IMG/VR virus record: IMGVR_UViG_3300027820_000030
Strand: one strand, 5' to 3'
Source: an uncultured virus (IMG/VR IMGVR_UViG_3300027820_000030)
Taxonomy: Duplodnaviria > Heunggongvirae > Uroviricota > Caudoviricetes
Length of the DNA stretch: 64,000 nucleotides
Shown here: piece by piece, positions 8,748 through 18,504 of the stretch
Position numbering within the stretch: the first letter of the stretch is position 1
How the letters are laid out: every line of letters begins with the position of its first letter
Made by a program: the position numbers and the translations under genes
Notes under the pieces: model-generated
What the model was told of the DNA's origin: nothing
Database searches by the model: none
What the model saw: the letters and a program-made list of their open reading frames with translations, nothing else

Positions 8748-8870
8748 TTATGGCGCGTCGATTGGTGCTGGCGTTACTGGTGTTGCGGCGCTAGGCGGTG
8801 ATACTGTGCCTTCACTAACCGGAGTGTTTGCGCTAGGCGCTGGAATTGTTGCCTCGTTTTCAGGTGTCAT
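8748..8870 (-). CDS. 40-aa mini-ORF made of the same 14-aa repeat
   Basis: MTPENEATIPAPSANTPVSEGTVSPPSAATPVTPAPIDAP; in frame with the downstream gene. Confidence 0.5.
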   Translation of the reverse strand: MTPENEATIPAPSANTPVSEGTVSPPSAATPVTPAPIDAP

Positions 8871-8871
8871 G

Positions 8872-10995
8872 TTAACCCCCTATAAAGTTAAAGTCATACC
8901 CATCACCCGCAAGGGCTTTGAGCAGGTCATACACTTGCTGCCCTGATACCATATCAGAAGGGTTTAAGCCGCGAATATCAAATGTGCGGTTTGGTGCTTG
9001 AGCGCCAGCAGATGTCGTAGTCGTATTTGTTGCAACCTGTCCGCCTGAGTATGATTGCCCAGTGCCTGCGCTTCCGTAACTGGTGGACATAATACCCTTA
9101 ACCTGAGCGAAACTTGCAACAGACTGTGCAGCAGCAAGCGGTATATTCCATGGGTATGGTGTTGCGGCCATGGTTTTAGACACGGCGGCATAGCCATCAA
9201 CAACGGCTTGAGATACAGCAGCAGCCTTGCCAATCTCAAACATCTTACGGCTTTCGGTGTTCATCAGGCTTGATAGGTTGCCGAACATGCTAGAAAGCAT
9301 AGATAGTTTTGCTTGCTTTTCCTGTTCAGCCAGTAGTAACCTTGCCCTTTTACCTTTCTCCTCGAGGCTTGTTTTCTGTCCCTCGAAATTATTTATCGCG
9401 TTAAGCTCTGCAAGTCTAAGGTTATCAAGAAGTGCCGCTTTTTCCTCGCCACTCAATACTTCAGACTCTTTTATCCTTGCTGCCTCATCTTGAATTTGCA
9501 AAACTCTCGCATCCGCTTGAGTTTTTAGTGAGGCGATCCTTTTTGCCTCAGAGTTTCGTTGAGCTTCTTCAAGCTCAGTCATTGCGCCAGTTTCAACGGC
9601 TACCCTGTTGCGCGTGGCGGCGTTAAGTAGCTCTGACTCTACAGCTACGCTTGATGTTAATATCTGAACTCTGCGTCTTGCGGACTCTCTAGCAGCATCT
9701 ATTCTATCTTGCTGTTCGTCTGTAACTCCGCCCGTCTTTCCTTGAGCCGTATCAAGCTCAGCGCGAAGCTGCACAAGCTCCCTGCGCAATTCGGCTACAG
9801 ATGCTTGGTACTCTTTGTTTTTGACTGCGCGACGGCCTGTTTGATTTGAGCCTACCGATGTCGCTCTTGCAAGCGCCTCTTCGGTGGCTATTTGCGCCTC
9901 CTTCTCTGCAATTAGCTCTTTTATCTTAGCTATGCTTTTATCTTTCTCCCTTCCTTCTTCTGCCTCTACTTGCGCCAAAAATTCAAGTTGATTGGATGTA
10001 AGCTTTGCGTTTTCTTGAAGCTCTTTAAGCTTGTCAACTAAGTCTTTTGTTGAGTCAGACGAGTCCATCATGCTAGGCACAAAAGCCATAGCTAAAGACG
10101 CACCGATACCCACAATCGCACCCACCAATGGGGCGCCCAACACGATACCCAAGTCAGCGGCTTGTTGTGAGAATGCGAGAAGCGGTGAAGTGCCTGCCTG
10201 AACTTGTCCGACGAATTGCTGTATTTGAATGCCGGCTTGGCCTGAGTTTTTGCTTAACTTAACAAATCTGCCAGACATAACATCGGCGCTATCAGACATC
10301 CTTGCCATTGCTGTATTTACAGCGGTAACATTCGCTCTCGCCGAATTGGCTTGTTCAGCGTAGCGCTTTAATGCCGCTGTCGCCTCCACAAGCTCATTGC
10401 CATTCTTATCAATGACGCGGTTGTTGTCATCAACAGTATTTCCTAGGCTTATTTGTCTTGATATAGCATTAGCTAGAGTGCTATTTGCTTGCGATAGCTT
10501 GTCGTTTAACTGGTCAGCGCCCTCTCCTAAAAGTGAGTAGCCGCCAGCCGCCTCGCTTAGTGAGTCGGCTAGATTTGTTGCGACCGTGGTTTGCGTAGCA
10601 ATGACAGTAGATGCCTTCTGAGACCTTCCGGTCAAAGAGTCCATCATTGCAGCCATTTTTTCAGATCTATCTGAGGCGTTATTAAAAGCAAGCTTTAATG
10701 ATGCCAGCTCATTGGTAAGGCCTTTTGCCTTAACTCCGTAAGCGGTTAAAACGTTCCCGTTTTCATCAATTGACCTGCCAGCCAAAACCTGTTCGGCAGC
10801 AAACTCAGCCAAAGCATAACTTGCAGCATTGTATGACTCGCGTATTTTGTAAAAAGCAAGCGAGCTTTGTTTTGCAGATTTGTCTATCTGTTCAAACGAA
10901 CGGCTGGCTGATTCATTTGCCTGCTTGACTCTTTGAGCGGCTGATACGGCACCGGTATCGTCAACCTTTACATCAAAAGCGATATCGTTAGCCAT
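8872..10995 (-). CDS. Tail tape measure protein
   Basis: 707 aa, Ala-rich and helical, QIQQFVGQ..G..PLLAFSQQ motif, follows chaperones. Confidence 0.9.
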   Translation of the reverse strand: MANDIAFDVKVDDTGAVSAAQRVKQANESASRSFEQIDKSAKQSSLAFYKIRESYNAASYALAEFAAEQVLAGRSIDENGNVLTAYGVKAKGLTNELASLKLAFNNASDRSEKMAAMMDSLTGRSQKASTVIATQTTVATNLADSLSEAAGGYSLLGEGADQLNDKLSQANSTLANAISRQISLGNTVDDNNRVIDKNGNELVEATAALKRYAEQANSARANVTAVNTAMARMSDSADVMSGRFVKLSKNSGQAGIQIQQFVGQVQAGTSPLLAFSQQAADLGIVLGAPLVGAIVGIGASLAMAFVPSMMDSSDSTKDLVDKLKELQENAKLTSNQLEFLAQVEAEEGREKDKSIAKIKELIAEKEAQIATEEALARATSVGSNQTGRRAVKNKEYQASVAELRRELVQLRAELDTAQGKTGGVTDEQQDRIDAARESARRRVQILTSSVAVESELLNAATRNRVAVETGAMTELEEAQRNSEAKRIASLKTQADARVLQIQDEAARIKESEVLSGEEKAALLDNLRLAELNAINNFEGQKTSLEEKGKRARLLLAEQEKQAKLSMLSSMFGNLSSLMNTESRKMFEIGKAAAVSQAVVDGYAAVSKTMAATPYPWNIPLAAAQSVASFAQVKGIMSTSYGSAGTGQSYSGGQVATNTTTTSAGAQAPNRTFDIRGLNPSDMVSGQQVYDLLKALAGDGYDFNFIGG

Positions 10996-11218
10996 TATCT
11001 AAACCCTTTTCAAACTCTTCTAACTTTTTAGCCATTCTGCCAAGCTGTTTTTTCTCGAACATGCCAGCCATTTCTGGCGGCCTGTTCATGGCAATGTAAG
11101 TAAAAATATCTTTAGGCGAACACTGCCAGTACTCGTTAGGCTTCATACCATAGGCGACGCACTCACGCAGCAGATTAGGCCATAAGTCACTGAGGTCTAC
11201 TGCGCTTGTGTCTTTCCC
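10995..11218 (-). CDS. gpT-like -1 frameshift extension of tail chaperone
   Basis: GGGAAAG at 11218-11212; -1 frame is open to TAA 10997-10995 and contains GMKPNEYWQCSPKDI. Confidence 0.85.
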
Positions 11219-11538
11219 TCGTCTGACTGCTCACCTTCCCACGTTGGACAAAGGGCTGTCAGAATGTCGCTAAATGCACTTGTCACCTTGGCTGTATTAT
11301 CCAAGCTGTTGAGCGTATCCCAAATATCCATGGGGTCGACATCAACGCCGCCTTTAGCCAAGATAAGACTAACCAGCTTAGAGCCTTTGGCGTAGTCAGG
11401 AATCTCACCTTTAAAGATATCGCGAGCCAATAAAAAAGGGCTACCCATTTCGTCGGTGATGTCCTGCGCTAAATCAATAGTCACAGGAACCTCGACTTTA
11501 TTCTCACCCCAAGTCAGCTTGATTTTGCGATAGCTCAT
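11197..11538 (-). CDS. Tail assembly chaperone (gpG-like)
   Basis: Between tube and tape measure; ends with G GGA AAG slippery site. Confidence 0.85.
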   Translation of the reverse strand: MSYRKIKLTWGENKVEVPVTIDLAQDITDEMGSPFLLARDIFKGEIPDYAKGSKLVSLILAKGGVDVDPMDIWDTLNSLDNTAKVTSAFSDILTALCPTWEGEQSDEGKTQAQ

Positions 11539-11539
11539 A

Positions 11540-11956
11540 TTAAGCCACCGGGTCGGTAAATGTAGCCGCGCCAGTAGATGACATTGAAAGACTGAACTGC
11601 ATCAATTCACCAACTGAGCCTGAATCTTCAAAGCTGTCTAAGAAGAAATCGCCGCTAATCACTGAGCCGCTTGTTCCTGCGTCGTCAGCAGTACAGGTGA
11701 GCACTACAGCGTAAGCCTGTGAGCCTGTTTGCATGGCTGACTTTAGCAGTGAGTTGTTTCGTGTTACACCGCTGCCGGTGAAAGAGATAGATTTCTGAGT
11801 CGGCGTTGCATGAGCGTCTGCCCATTCGCCTGAAGTGTCGCCTGAAGTGTCGCCGCGTGAATTTGAGATTGACAGCGATTGTTCCACTAAAACAACGGCA
11901 GTACCGCCAATCGTTCCGGTCCACTCGCGTTTGTGAATACCTGCACCTACTGACAT
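11540..11956 (-). CDS. Major tail tube protein
   Basis: 138 aa, Ser/Thr/Gly-rich beta protein, ISGDFFLDSFE...FSLSMSSTG; position. Confidence 0.8.
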   Translation of the reverse strand: MSVGAGIHKREWTGTIGGTAVVLVEQSLSISNSRGDTSGDTSGEWADAHATPTQKSISFTGSGVTRNNSLLKSAMQTGSQAYAVVLTCTADDAGTSGSVISGDFFLDSFEDSGSVGELMQFSLSMSSTGAATFTDPVA

Positions 11957-11985
11957 GGTTTAATCCTCATGGTTGATTTATAGTC

Positions 11986-12029
11986 ATTCTAACTGGTCAA
12001 ACCACTAGACGCAATATTTATGGTATTGT
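11986..12029. promoter_or_regulatory. Divergent promoters sharing a TGGTCAAACCA box (11994-12004)
   Basis: Minus: TTGCGT-17-TAGAAT with the box in the spacer; plus: box-19-TATTGT. Confidence 0.7.
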
Positions 12030-12049
12030 GGGGTTTTTGGGAGGGAAAC

Positions 12050-12331
12050 ATGAGCGGAACATTTACATTGGTGTCGGAGCAATTACCGCCTGAGCATGTG
12101 CCATTAATTGGCATCTCATTGGGGCCAAAACTTCACACAGTAATATTTGATGGGTGCAGGTTTATCGACAGAGCTAGCGGTAATGAGTTTGCCCTAGGCT
12201 GCATTATTGCTTGGTATGATATGAGCAAGCACGAAAAAAGCGACTGGCCTATTGTCGCTGGAAGTTTGCACGTTTGCGTAAACGCGCTTTTCTCAGCATT
12301 GGCTAACACTCAACATTCACAGAAAACCTAA
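12050..12331 (+). CDS. Hypothetical protein, antisense island in tail operon
   Basis: GGAGG RBS, own promoter. Confidence 0.65.
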   Translation: MSGTFTLVSEQLPPEHVPLIGISLGPKLHTVIFDGCRFIDRASGNEFALGCIIAWYDMSKHEKSDWPIVAGSLHVCVNALFSALANTQHSQKT

Positions 12332-12701
12332 CCATCCAACGGCCTGAGCCTGTTCGCATGGGTCGGCCAACTGATTCGGCGGTGTTGACTACTTTCATGG
12401 TGCCGCTATCATACGACAGGTTGTTAAATAGGTACGTTTGGCAACTTGTCGCATCATTTACCAGAGTCAGCCAATCATCGGGTAATTCTGACACGTCACT
12501 AAACAGCGTCACTTGAATCAGGTAACGGGCGGTATCTGTGTTTGACTCTCTGCCGGTAGCGTTAACCAAACAGATTGATACGCTATCATTAGTAAACGGC
12601 AAAGCTGAATCATCCCAAAAAATAGCGTGATGATAGCCAGTAAGCACATTGTCTATTAGTGCAGTGCGGACAACTTCCGCTGGTAACGTGCTTGCGCTCA
12701 T
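12303..12701 (-). CDS. Tail terminator-like protein
   Basis: Size and position upstream of tail tube. Confidence 0.6.
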   Translation of the reverse strand: MSASTLPAEVVRTALIDNVLTGYHHAIFWDDSALPFTNDSVSICLVNATGRESNTDTARYLIQVTLFSDVSELPDDWLTLVNDATSCQTYLFNNLSYDSGTMKVVNTAESVGRPMRTGSGRWMVRFSVNVEC

Positions 12702-13108
12702 TTGCTCATTTCCTCTCTAAATACTTCGTTTAGGTTGATGCTTTGCAATCCGTGTTCAATCCAGCGTGATTTTGCGTTAGGGTTTGTTAGTGCGCCACGC
12801 TTACCGGATGCGTCAGGGCCACGCGGAGACCAGTTATCATTGTAGTACAGCCAACCGGCATACGCTGTCGTGTGGTCGCCGCCATAGCTTAATGTGACAG
12901 ACCATACACCACCCTCTCGAACAGGTGTGGTCACTTCCTTAGACTGCATCAAGTCGCCCGTATCCATCGGCACAAAGTAGTCAGAAGCTGTGCCAAGTTT
13001 CCACGCAGTCATGTAGCAGGCATCTTTAGCCTTAACCTGTAGCTCTTTGGTCCACGCATCCAGCTTGTTGTTAGCGTCCGTGTATGACTTACCTGGTTTG
13101 AATGGCAT
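12698..13108 (-). CDS. Neck / tail-completion protein (HK97 gp10 or minor-capsid-like)
   Basis: VPMDTGDLMQS motif, YA..LYY. Confidence 0.65.
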   Translation of the reverse strand: MPFKPGKSYTDANNKLDAWTKELQVKAKDACYMTAWKLGTASDYFVPMDTGDLMQSKEVTTPVREGGVWSVTLSYGGDHTTAYAGWLYYNDNWSPRGPDASGKRGALTNPNAKSRWIEHGLQSINLNEVFREEMSK

Positions 13109-13449
13109 TAGCCGGTCAACAACACATAATCTTTGCCGCCAACTAAAGGTGTAGCGGTTTCCACCTTAACAATCTTCTCAGCGCCTGACACCGGCGTTAA
13201 GTCTGCATGTTCGCCCACTGCAATCATATCGCCCTTCTGTGCACTGGCGTATTTGGTCACATAGGTTGTATTGGGCTGAAACTCTTCCTGTTCGTCATCA
13301 CGGCGAATAGCGCCACCATCCTTAAACCTAGCGTCAAACGTAACAGGCGCATCCCAGCCGCCACCGTATGGGCTTGACGACGTGTCAACAGTGGACTTGC
13401 GCCAAATGGTGACAGTCTCTTGTGGGAATTGGCCGATAATTGTGCTCAT
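13108..13449 (-). CDS. Head-closure protein
   Basis: TVTIWRK...YGG.WDAPVT pattern; position. Confidence 0.65.
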   Translation of the reverse strand: MSTIIGQFPQETVTIWRKSTVDTSSSPYGGGWDAPVTFDARFKDGGAIRRDDEQEEFQPNTTYVTKYASAQKGDMIAVGEHADLTPVSGAEKIVKVETATPLVGGKDYVLLTG

Positions 13450-13805
13450 CCGCGTTGCACCTGTAAAGGATACGCACCACCCTGACCAATAGCCGTTAAC
13501 ACACAGACTCCCGCGTCCATACCTTGAAGCAAATCAAGATATTGATTACCGGAGCCTTTGCTTGTGTCGAATGATACCGAGTCACCGGTAAAGCTAGACT
13601 GGCTGGAAAGTTGCCCGCCTGACTGCTGCACAATCATCGCCGCAGCGCCATACATCTTAGCTAATTTAGCTTGTGCGTCACTGTAGCCGCCTGTCGTGAT
13701 ACATGCGTCCGCTTCGTCCACCACATCAATAATCATTTGAATTGACGCATCTGACAGGCTGTTAGGCACAAAATCCCGAACCTCTGAAACTGTTATCGTA
13801 GCCAT
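13446..13805 (-). CDS. Head-tail adaptor
   Basis: Size, position, SQSSFTGDSVSF motif. Confidence 0.6.
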   Translation of the reverse strand: MATITVSEVRDFVPNSLSDASIQMIIDVVDEADACITTGGYSDAQAKLAKMYGAAAMIVQQSGGQLSSQSSFTGDSVSFDTSKGSGNQYLDLLQGMDAGVCVLTAIGQGGAYPLQVQRG

Positions 13806-13891
13806 TGTATTTTCACTCTACCGTTACGCACGTAGCGTACTGTTGTTATGCCCTGGTTACGCAGATATTCGCGCAACGCTTCCCCTTTAGG

Positions 13892-15487
13892 TTAATTCAA
13901 CTTTCTGCATATCGGACTATCAAAATAGACTGTAACATCCGTAGCACCCGTATGAGTGCGCAAAACAAACTGTGGTTGAATAGTGGTTTCGCCCCCTGAT
14001 AGTGTGGAGACTACCATAGATGTTAGTATTCCTGTTATTTCCTGCCCCGCTGGTATTTCATCGGTGTAGTGATCCTCGTTAACTGTCTCGAAAATGTCGT
14101 TACCAATTTTCACAGTTACATTTGACAGCCCACTGTGACCAGCCACAACTTTAAATCTGCAAAATGCCACATAAACATCGCCAGACACACCAGTAATTGA
14201 TATGTCCTGCCTCATGTTTGTAACCTGCGTTTGCGAGCCAACATTACCGGATATAGTCACCGCCTGAGACTCTGTGCCATCACCGAAAGCATTAGAAACC
14301 TTTGACACTGTTACAGTAGCCCCTGAAACGTTACTGCCAACCGTCCAACTGTCCGCAACATTACCGCTAGTAGAGCCGCCGTCTGTTCCGGATGTTCCGG
14401 TTAATTGCGGATTAACAAAAAGATTATCGGATATTAGACCTTGCTGGTCGTTGGCGTTCTTGGCCGCTTTCAGGATTGCAGCACCTTGAGCAGAGCCTAA
14501 AACAACCGCACCCCACAAACTTAAATGAGTCCCGTCTGTGGTTGTGTCGTCATCCGCTGTAAAGTTTTCACCTGACTCAACATCAATGATTACCCCGTCA
14601 ATATCCAGTCCGCGCAAAGCTGCATTGTATGAACCCCTTAACGCCTTTTGCTCATCGGTCCATGGAAATGTTGCTGAGTCTGACTTCTCAGGCACGCCGT
14701 GGATAACCACAACGACTGCGCCGTAGTAAAATAAATTTCTTACAATCTCTTTAATATTTGAAATGTATTGCTCAACAGTTTCATTGGCGCTTACATCGTT
14801 TGTCCCAGCCTGCAAAGACACAACATCAGCAATGTTTGCGCCTATGGTAGTTATTCTCGCCAATATGTCAGAGGTTGTATCGCCGCCAACGCCCTGATTA
14901 TACCCATCTAGAAACCTTAACTTAGCGCCTACAGCGAGCTGAACGCCGTAGATTCTACTGAATGCCGCCGTGCTTGTTTCGCCCTCAGTGATAGAGTCCC
15001 CGACAAACATAATTGAACTGCCTGCATCCACCGCATTTACTGAGCCTCTGGTTACAGCGTTGCTAAAACTGGTAAAGGATAGGCCGCCCGTGCTAACAAC
15101 ACTCGCCACACCCCCAACCAACTGCACCTCGTATGGGCCGTCGGAGGCTTGGACTTTGATAGACTCGTCAGCGTCGAATGAATAATTCTTACCAGCGAAA
15201 TAGCCCGATGCAGTAACATCTGCGATAGTGTCAGCGGTAAAATACTGATAGGTTCTGTCTGCCAGCTTAACCAAGCAATCACCATCTGAGCTAACGATAG
15301 CCACAAAGCTATTATTAGGACATAGGCAGTTAATTGTCGCGTTACCAGGATTATTAAGCGTTACCGATGACAGGTCAAAATAACCAGCCTGTGACACGGT
15401 GTAGCGGTCATCGTCGGTTACGTATTTGAAATTATTGCCGGTTGTGGAGCGCGGCATTTGCTCTAGGTTTTTCAGATTAAAGGCCAT
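13892..15487 (-). CDS. Structural protein: tandem YxTxD..V..GYF anchor domains + SGNH hydrolase + beta-sandwich
   Basis: FVGDSITEG, GVGGDTT, QAGTND, DGTH; paralog of 21919-23379. Confidence 0.75.
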   Translation of the reverse strand: MAFNLKNLEQMPRSTTGNNFKYVTDDDRYTVSQAGYFDLSSVTLNNPGNATINCLCPNNSFVAIVSSDGDCLVKLADRTYQYFTADTIADVTASGYFAGKNYSFDADESIKVQASDGPYEVQLVGGVASVVSTGGLSFTSFSNAVTRGSVNAVDAGSSIMFVGDSITEGETSTAAFSRIYGVQLAVGAKLRFLDGYNQGVGGDTTSDILARITTIGANIADVVSLQAGTNDVSANETVEQYISNIKEIVRNLFYYGAVVVVIHGVPEKSDSATFPWTDEQKALRGSYNAALRGLDIDGVIIDVESGENFTADDDTTTDGTHLSLWGAVVLGSAQGAAILKAAKNANDQQGLISDNLFVNPQLTGTSGTDGGSTSGNVADSWTVGSNVSGATVTVSKVSNAFGDGTESQAVTISGNVGSQTQVTNMRQDISITGVSGDVYVAFCRFKVVAGHSGLSNVTVKIGNDIFETVNEDHYTDEIPAGQEITGILTSMVVSTLSGGETTIQPQFVLRTHTGATDVTVYFDSPICRKLN

Positions 15488-16110
15488 TACTGCCGCTCCT
15501 CCCATTCGAGTTGATAAAGAAATTCACTATCTGTCGTGCCGTTGATATTCGTAAACACCAGCAAGAAAGTATTCCCAGCCGCCACGCCTGACGCATTACC
15601 GCTTGCTGTGTAGCTTGAAGCCGCCCGACTACCGCCGCCCGATGTTGGCACAAGGTAGGACGTGCCTGTGCGCTTGGGTGCAGTTGTGCTGAATGCGGTT
15701 GCAATGCGTTTCTCAATCGTCACACCGCTTGTAGGGTGCGAATCCAAACCGCTAACAGATAGGTCGTTGTTAATCGGTGAAAGTTTGGTGCTTGTTACAT
15801 CTGCCCACGAGCCGCCACTGATAGCCTCACTGCCGGTGAACGGGTAAACAATGTATTTGCGCCCACCAGCCCAGCCATTAATCAGGCGCAACTGTAGTTT
15901 TAGCGGGTAAACAGTTGTAAACCGATAGATGAGAATATCAGTATCAGCAATCGCATCTGCGCCGCTACAGTCGTCAAAGAACTTGAACTGTAAGTTAGCC
16001 TCAAAGCTTGATTGCTGATTATCTACAGCAAAGCGCGCAGTGTTTTTGTTTTGCGTGGTCAGCAGAAAGTCTGCCCACGCATTGGGAATCAATCTATTCA
16101 GAATCGCCAT
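15487..16110 (-). CDS. Hypothetical virion protein
   Basis: ORF in head operon with translational coupling. Confidence 0.6.
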   Translation of the reverse strand: MAILNRLIPNAWADFLLTTQNKNTARFAVDNQQSSFEANLQFKFFDDCSGADAIADTDILIYRFTTVYPLKLQLRLINGWAGGRKYIVYPFTGSEAISGGSWADVTSTKLSPINNDLSVSGLDSHPTSGVTIEKRIATAFSTTAPKRTGTSYLVPTSGGGSRAASSYTASGNASGVAAGNTFLLVFTNINGTTDSEFLYQLEWEERQ

Positions 16111-16264
16111 TGTTCGCCACCTTCTTACGTCTCGTGCGCTTAGGCTTTGGTGCTTCTTCTGCCTCTTTAGGATTGAATTTAGCGTCGATGATTTTGTAAC
16201 CCTGAGCACGTAACTCTTTCTTGCGTTCAGGCGTTACAGGGTGAGGCTCGTAAATGACTTTCAT
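16094..16264 (-). CDS. Small conserved post-capsid protein (MKVIYEPHPVTPERK...)
   Basis: Motif I recognise as typically following this capsid family. Confidence 0.6.
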   Translation of the reverse strand: MKVIYEPHPVTPERKKELRAQGYKIIDAKFNPKEAEEAPKPKRTRRKKVANNGDSE

Positions 16265-16275
16265 AGCTGTCTCAC

Positions 16276-16311
16276 TGGTTAGACCACTTGTTACGTACAG
16301 TTTACTATAAT
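16276..16311 (+). promoter_or_regulatory. TGGTTAGACCA box + 19 bp + TATAAT
   Basis: Perfect -10, conserved spacing. Confidence 0.75.
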
Positions 16312-16343
16312 GGCTAGAGTTTAGGCAAATTTGGAGATTAACA

Positions 16344-17493
16344 ATGATTGGAAAGGACGTGACTGTGACGATTGGCGACAAGGAGCTTGATTTTAATTTA
16401 AGCTCAGAGGTTATAGAGCCTATTGAATTTGAGTCGCAAGTAGCACAAGTAGGAAAGGGCTTCTCTTTTAACGCTGAAAGCACCGTCGAATTTTCTGGTA
16501 GCGCTGAGTTTTCTGGAGTTGTAACCTATGATGACGGCATGGTAATGAAATTAAAAGGAATGAAAAGCACCGGCCCAAATCATTATTTTTCTTACAACTT
16601 CAAATGCGGGAGCATTTCAGTTAAGCGATACATGAAAACCAAATCAAAGCAGCCGCGAACGATTGCTGTTTGGCGTGAAATTTAATTAGGCAAATTTGGA
16701 GAAGGGAATGGAAAAGAAGAGAAAAATGTTCAAAAAGAAAAAAATAAACATAAAGGTCGCCGAAGCTCAATCGCGCTACTTTTTTGCATTTGCTGTCGCT
16801 GACGCGATGTTCAAAAGCGAAGTATGTGCAGAGGCCGTTGCTCAAGGGGCGTTTTTTAGAACACTAGGCTACAAAGTGAGGGTTAAGTGATGTTTACATA
16901 CATAGCAGTAAACGGCGCGGTAGTCGAAAATAATTACGGTGGCGGTTATGGCGGTGAGTGGATAAGCCCAATCGGCGGGAGGGGCGGCTCGTCCAACTTC
17001 GATGATGGGCAAAATCTTAACGGGGGATCGTGGAAGGCAATAGATGTTCCGTACTGGGAAAGGCGCGTCAAGCAGATTGGTAAGGGCAAGCGGCACTATT
17101 TTGCCCTTAATGGCTGGTGGCATTACATTGAGATTGATGACGCTCTACCGCCGCTAGTTAGTTGGTACATTGGGAGGGTAAGTGATGATTAAATTAAACG
17201 CTATAGCAGCCATTGAACAATTCGAGAAATTCTGCGCTAGAGGTAGAGGTCACCTTGTAACAATAAAGAGGCCTGATGGAGAAAGTATCTGCCATCGCAC
17301 TAATATTTTTATTATGACATTGAGTTGCAATTACAAAGGGAAGTATTCCGATGGCTCAATTTTTGGAAGGGTTGAATTTAATGCAGACTCAGAAAAGGGT
17401 GAAATAAATAAAATATTGCACGAAACATTCTCTGACATGAATAAAAGGATGAATGAATTTGACACGCCTGAAAAGAAGGATGTGTTCACATAA
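16344..17493 (+). other. Antisense island of four small hypothetical ORFs (16344-16685, ~16708-16890, 16887-17192, 17182-17493)
   Basis: Coupled ORFs with RBSs, own promoter and terminator. Confidence 0.65.
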
Positions 17494-17495
17494 CA

Positions 17496-17525
17496 AAAAG
17501 CCCCGCATAAGCAGGGCTTCTTTAT
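17496..17525. terminator. Probable bidirectional intrinsic terminator
   Basis: AAAAAGCCCCGCATAAGCAGGGCTTCTTT between convergent genes. Confidence 0.7.
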
Positions 17526-17536
17526 CTTAACTAACC

Positions 17537-18496
17537 TTATGACTGGTCGCCAACAGTAAGCACCCCAGCAGTATGCTTGATGTCTGTTGCGACTTTATCC
17601 CAGTTAGTGCCGGTTGCAATTTCCGCATCGGTCGGAGATTTGCCGCCGTTGGTTTCATCCCACGCATAGCCCTTCAAGCCAAGACCAAACGTGTAATCAA
17701 CCTGCATTGTAGTTTCAATGCGCTGGTTGCCGTTAGTGGTCTCGATGTTGCTGATTACGTCGCCTGCATCATGAACTACTGCCGCACCTTCAACCAGTGA
17801 AAGCACTTTGTAGTCAGTGGTCGATACAGTCAGTGCTGGCGCATCGGTAACAACAACCATCTTGCCTAAGATATCCACAACGCGCACGTTTTGCGCTTGG
17901 AACAGCTGAGGCGTGTTAGTCAGGTTCTGACCAACCAAGTTGTGGTAAGTCGCACCATTCATAATCTGACAAACCAGATTGCCTGAGTGGTCACCAAACA
18001 GCGCATGAGCAGCGTTCATTGCTGAGTAGGTGACAGGGGCGGTCGCTGAAACGTCATTGGTAGCCGATGCCTGATTCTCGATAGCTGCAACCAGTGCCGC
18101 AATAGCGGTGTTTAACTGGTCTTGCATCATAGCTTCAGCAAAGTTACGGCTGGCAACTTCGATACCGCGTGCGGTAGGTTGGCGCAACCAAGTAAGCTGT
18201 GAAGGCTCATAACGAATCGGGCCAAAGCCGCCAGCGATTTTAACGCTTGAGTGCTTCAACTGAGTCAGGTCAGTCGCAGACGCAGAAGAGTTAGACGCGT
18301 AACGGTCAACACGACGCTGCGCAGAGTGAATAGCCGCAAAGAATGATTCTTGCAGGAAGTCACCGTCGAAACCTTCTGTAGTCAAACGGATTGCACCGGC
18401 AGACGCTTGGTTAAACTTATCAACCATCTGTGCCAGAGTTTCAATTGTGGCAGGCATGATATATTCGTTAAATACCTGCATATCTGATAAAGCCAT
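17537..18496 (-). CDS. Major capsid protein
   Basis: MALSDMQVFNEYIMPATIETLAQ... family; GLKGYAWD..NGGKSPTDA..ATGTNWDKVATDIKHTAGV. Confidence 0.9.
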   Translation of the reverse strand: MALSDMQVFNEYIMPATIETLAQMVDKFNQASAGAIRLTTEGFDGDFLQESFFAAIHSAQRRVDRYASNSSASATDLTQLKHSSVKIAGGFGPIRYEPSQLTWLRQPTARGIEVASRNFAEAMMQDQLNTAIAALVAAIENQASATNDVSATAPVTYSAMNAAHALFGDHSGNLVCQIMNGATYHNLVGQNLTNTPQLFQAQNVRVVDILGKMVVVTDAPALTVSTTDYKVLSLVEGAAVVHDAGDVISNIETTNGNQRIETTMQVDYTFGLGLKGYAWDETNGGKSPTDAEIATGTNWDKVATDIKHTAGVLTVGDQS

Positions 18497-18504
18497 AAAT
18501 CACC

